A DNA stretch of 64,000 nucleotides from Streptococcus mitis (GTDB taxonomy: Bacteria; Bacillota; Bacilli; Lactobacillales; Streptococcaceae): positions 19,879-83,878 of the forward strand of contig CAUPXP010000007.1 of assembly GCA_963515455.1 (NCBI GenBank), given 5' to 3'. Position numbers and translations under genes: made by a program. Under the pieces are notes generated by a model. It worked only from the letters and a program-made list of their open reading frames with translations. It was not told the origin of the DNA and did no database searches. Positions 63,140-64,000 of this stretch are shown here, one piece after another (position 1 is the first letter of the stretch; every line of letters begins with the position of its first letter).

Positions 63140-64000
63140 ATGGTAATTGAATTAAAATCAGAACAATTAAGAGTTCAATTTAACAGTTTTGGTGGGGCTC
63201 TTTCTTCTATAAAAGATGTTGAGGGACTTGAGTATTTGTGGCAAGGGGATGCTACTTATTGGAGTGGACAAGCTCCTGTTCTCTTTCCTATTTGTGGTTC
63301 ACTGAGAGAGGATACAGCACTTTATATAGATGATAATGGACAAGAAAGTAAAGGAAAGATTCCTCGTCATGGTTTGGTTCGCAAGAAAGAATTTGAATTA
63401 GTTGAACAGACAGATAAGAGTGTAACTTTTGCAATTGAAGACGATGAGAATAGCTATCAAAACTATCCTTATCATTTTCGCCTAGAAATCACTTATAGCC
63501 TTACTGGCAAGACAGTACGAACTCAATACAAAATAATTAATAAAGAAACTAGCAAGGTCATGCCTTACTTTATTGGTGGACATCCAGGATTTAATTGTCC
63601 TCTACTGGATGATGAAGTCTATGAAGATTATTATCTAGAGTTTGAGAAAGAAGAGACTTGCTCTGTTCCACGCCCTTTCCCAGAAACGGGGATGCTTGAC
63701 TTTCAAGATAGAAGTCCATGGTTAGAAAATCAAAAAGAATTAGACCTAAGCTATGATCTTTTCAGCACAGATGCAGTGACTTTGGATGAATTGCAATCTC
63801 GAACAATTGCCCTTCGTTCCCGTAAACATGATAAGGGATTGAAAGTGCACTTTGCAGAGTTTCCAAACCTCATCATCTGGTCAACTTTGAACAAGGGACC
63901 TTTCATTGCCTTTGAACCATGGTCTGGCTTGTCAACATCCCTTGAAGAAGGAGATCATTTAGAAGATAAGAAGAATGTTCGTCTCTTAGAAGCCAATCAG
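63140..64000 (+). CDS. Aldose 1-epimerase (galactose mutarotase-like) family protein; 3' end beyond the window
   Basis: Hand-read ORF starting MVIELKSEQLRVQFNSFGGALSSIKDVEGLEYLWQGDATYWSGQAPVLFPICG, open to the window end (287 codons). RBS GGAG 7 nt upstream. Absent from the track because it is truncated. Confidence 0.8.
   Translation, partial: MVIELKSEQLRVQFNSFGGALSSIKDVEGLEYLWQGDATYWSGQAPVLFPICGSLREDTALYIDDNGQESKGKIPRHGLVRKKEFELVEQTDKSVTFAIEDDENSYQNYPYHFRLEITYSLTGKTVRTQYKIINKETSKVMPYFIGGHPGFNCPLLDDEVYEDYYLEFEKEETCSVPRPFPETGMLDFQDRSPWLENQKELDLSYDLFSTDAVTLDELQSRTIALRSRKHDKGLKVHFAEFPNLIIWSTLNKGPFIAFEPWSGLSTSLEEGDHLEDKKNVRLLEANQ

Overview
The window looks like a chromosomal segment of a mitis-group Streptococcus (S. 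pneumoniae / S. mitis / S. oralis-like). Support: a BOX repeat, a cin-box in front of coiA, and pavA, pmrA, cpoA and srtA-type genes. About 60 genes are densely packed and most are housekeeping. In order they include: ybeY-dgkA-era-mutM-coaE, rpmG-secG-rnr-smpB, coiA-pepF, prsA, ftsW-ppc, a T-box-controlled ABC importer, dnaG-rpoD, the cpoA glycolipid genes and obg. Then come pepX, dnaE, pfkA-pyk, ldh, gyrA-srtA, truB, udk, xseAB-ispA-tlyA-argR-recN, lepA and a galactitol-type PTS. I found no rRNA, tRNA, CRISPR array, integrase or transposase. The one clear accessory element is a ~3.58 kb AT-rich insertion (47004-50570) wedged between a DUF2130-like gene and truB. It is bounded by a short direct repeat that duplicates the truB start region. 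It encodes three tightly coupled proteins: an HNH (beta-beta-alpha-Me) nuclease fused to a multi-pass membrane/coiled-coil C-terminal half, a tail-anchored coiled-coil protein, and a CbbX/SpoVK/EccA-type AAA+ ATPase. I do not recognise this combination as any named defence system and rank it as the main candidate for an undescribed conflict/defence module. The upstream DUF2130 nuclease-like gene may be functionally linked to it. All functional calls come from reading the translated ORFs and motifs by eye; no database search was possible.
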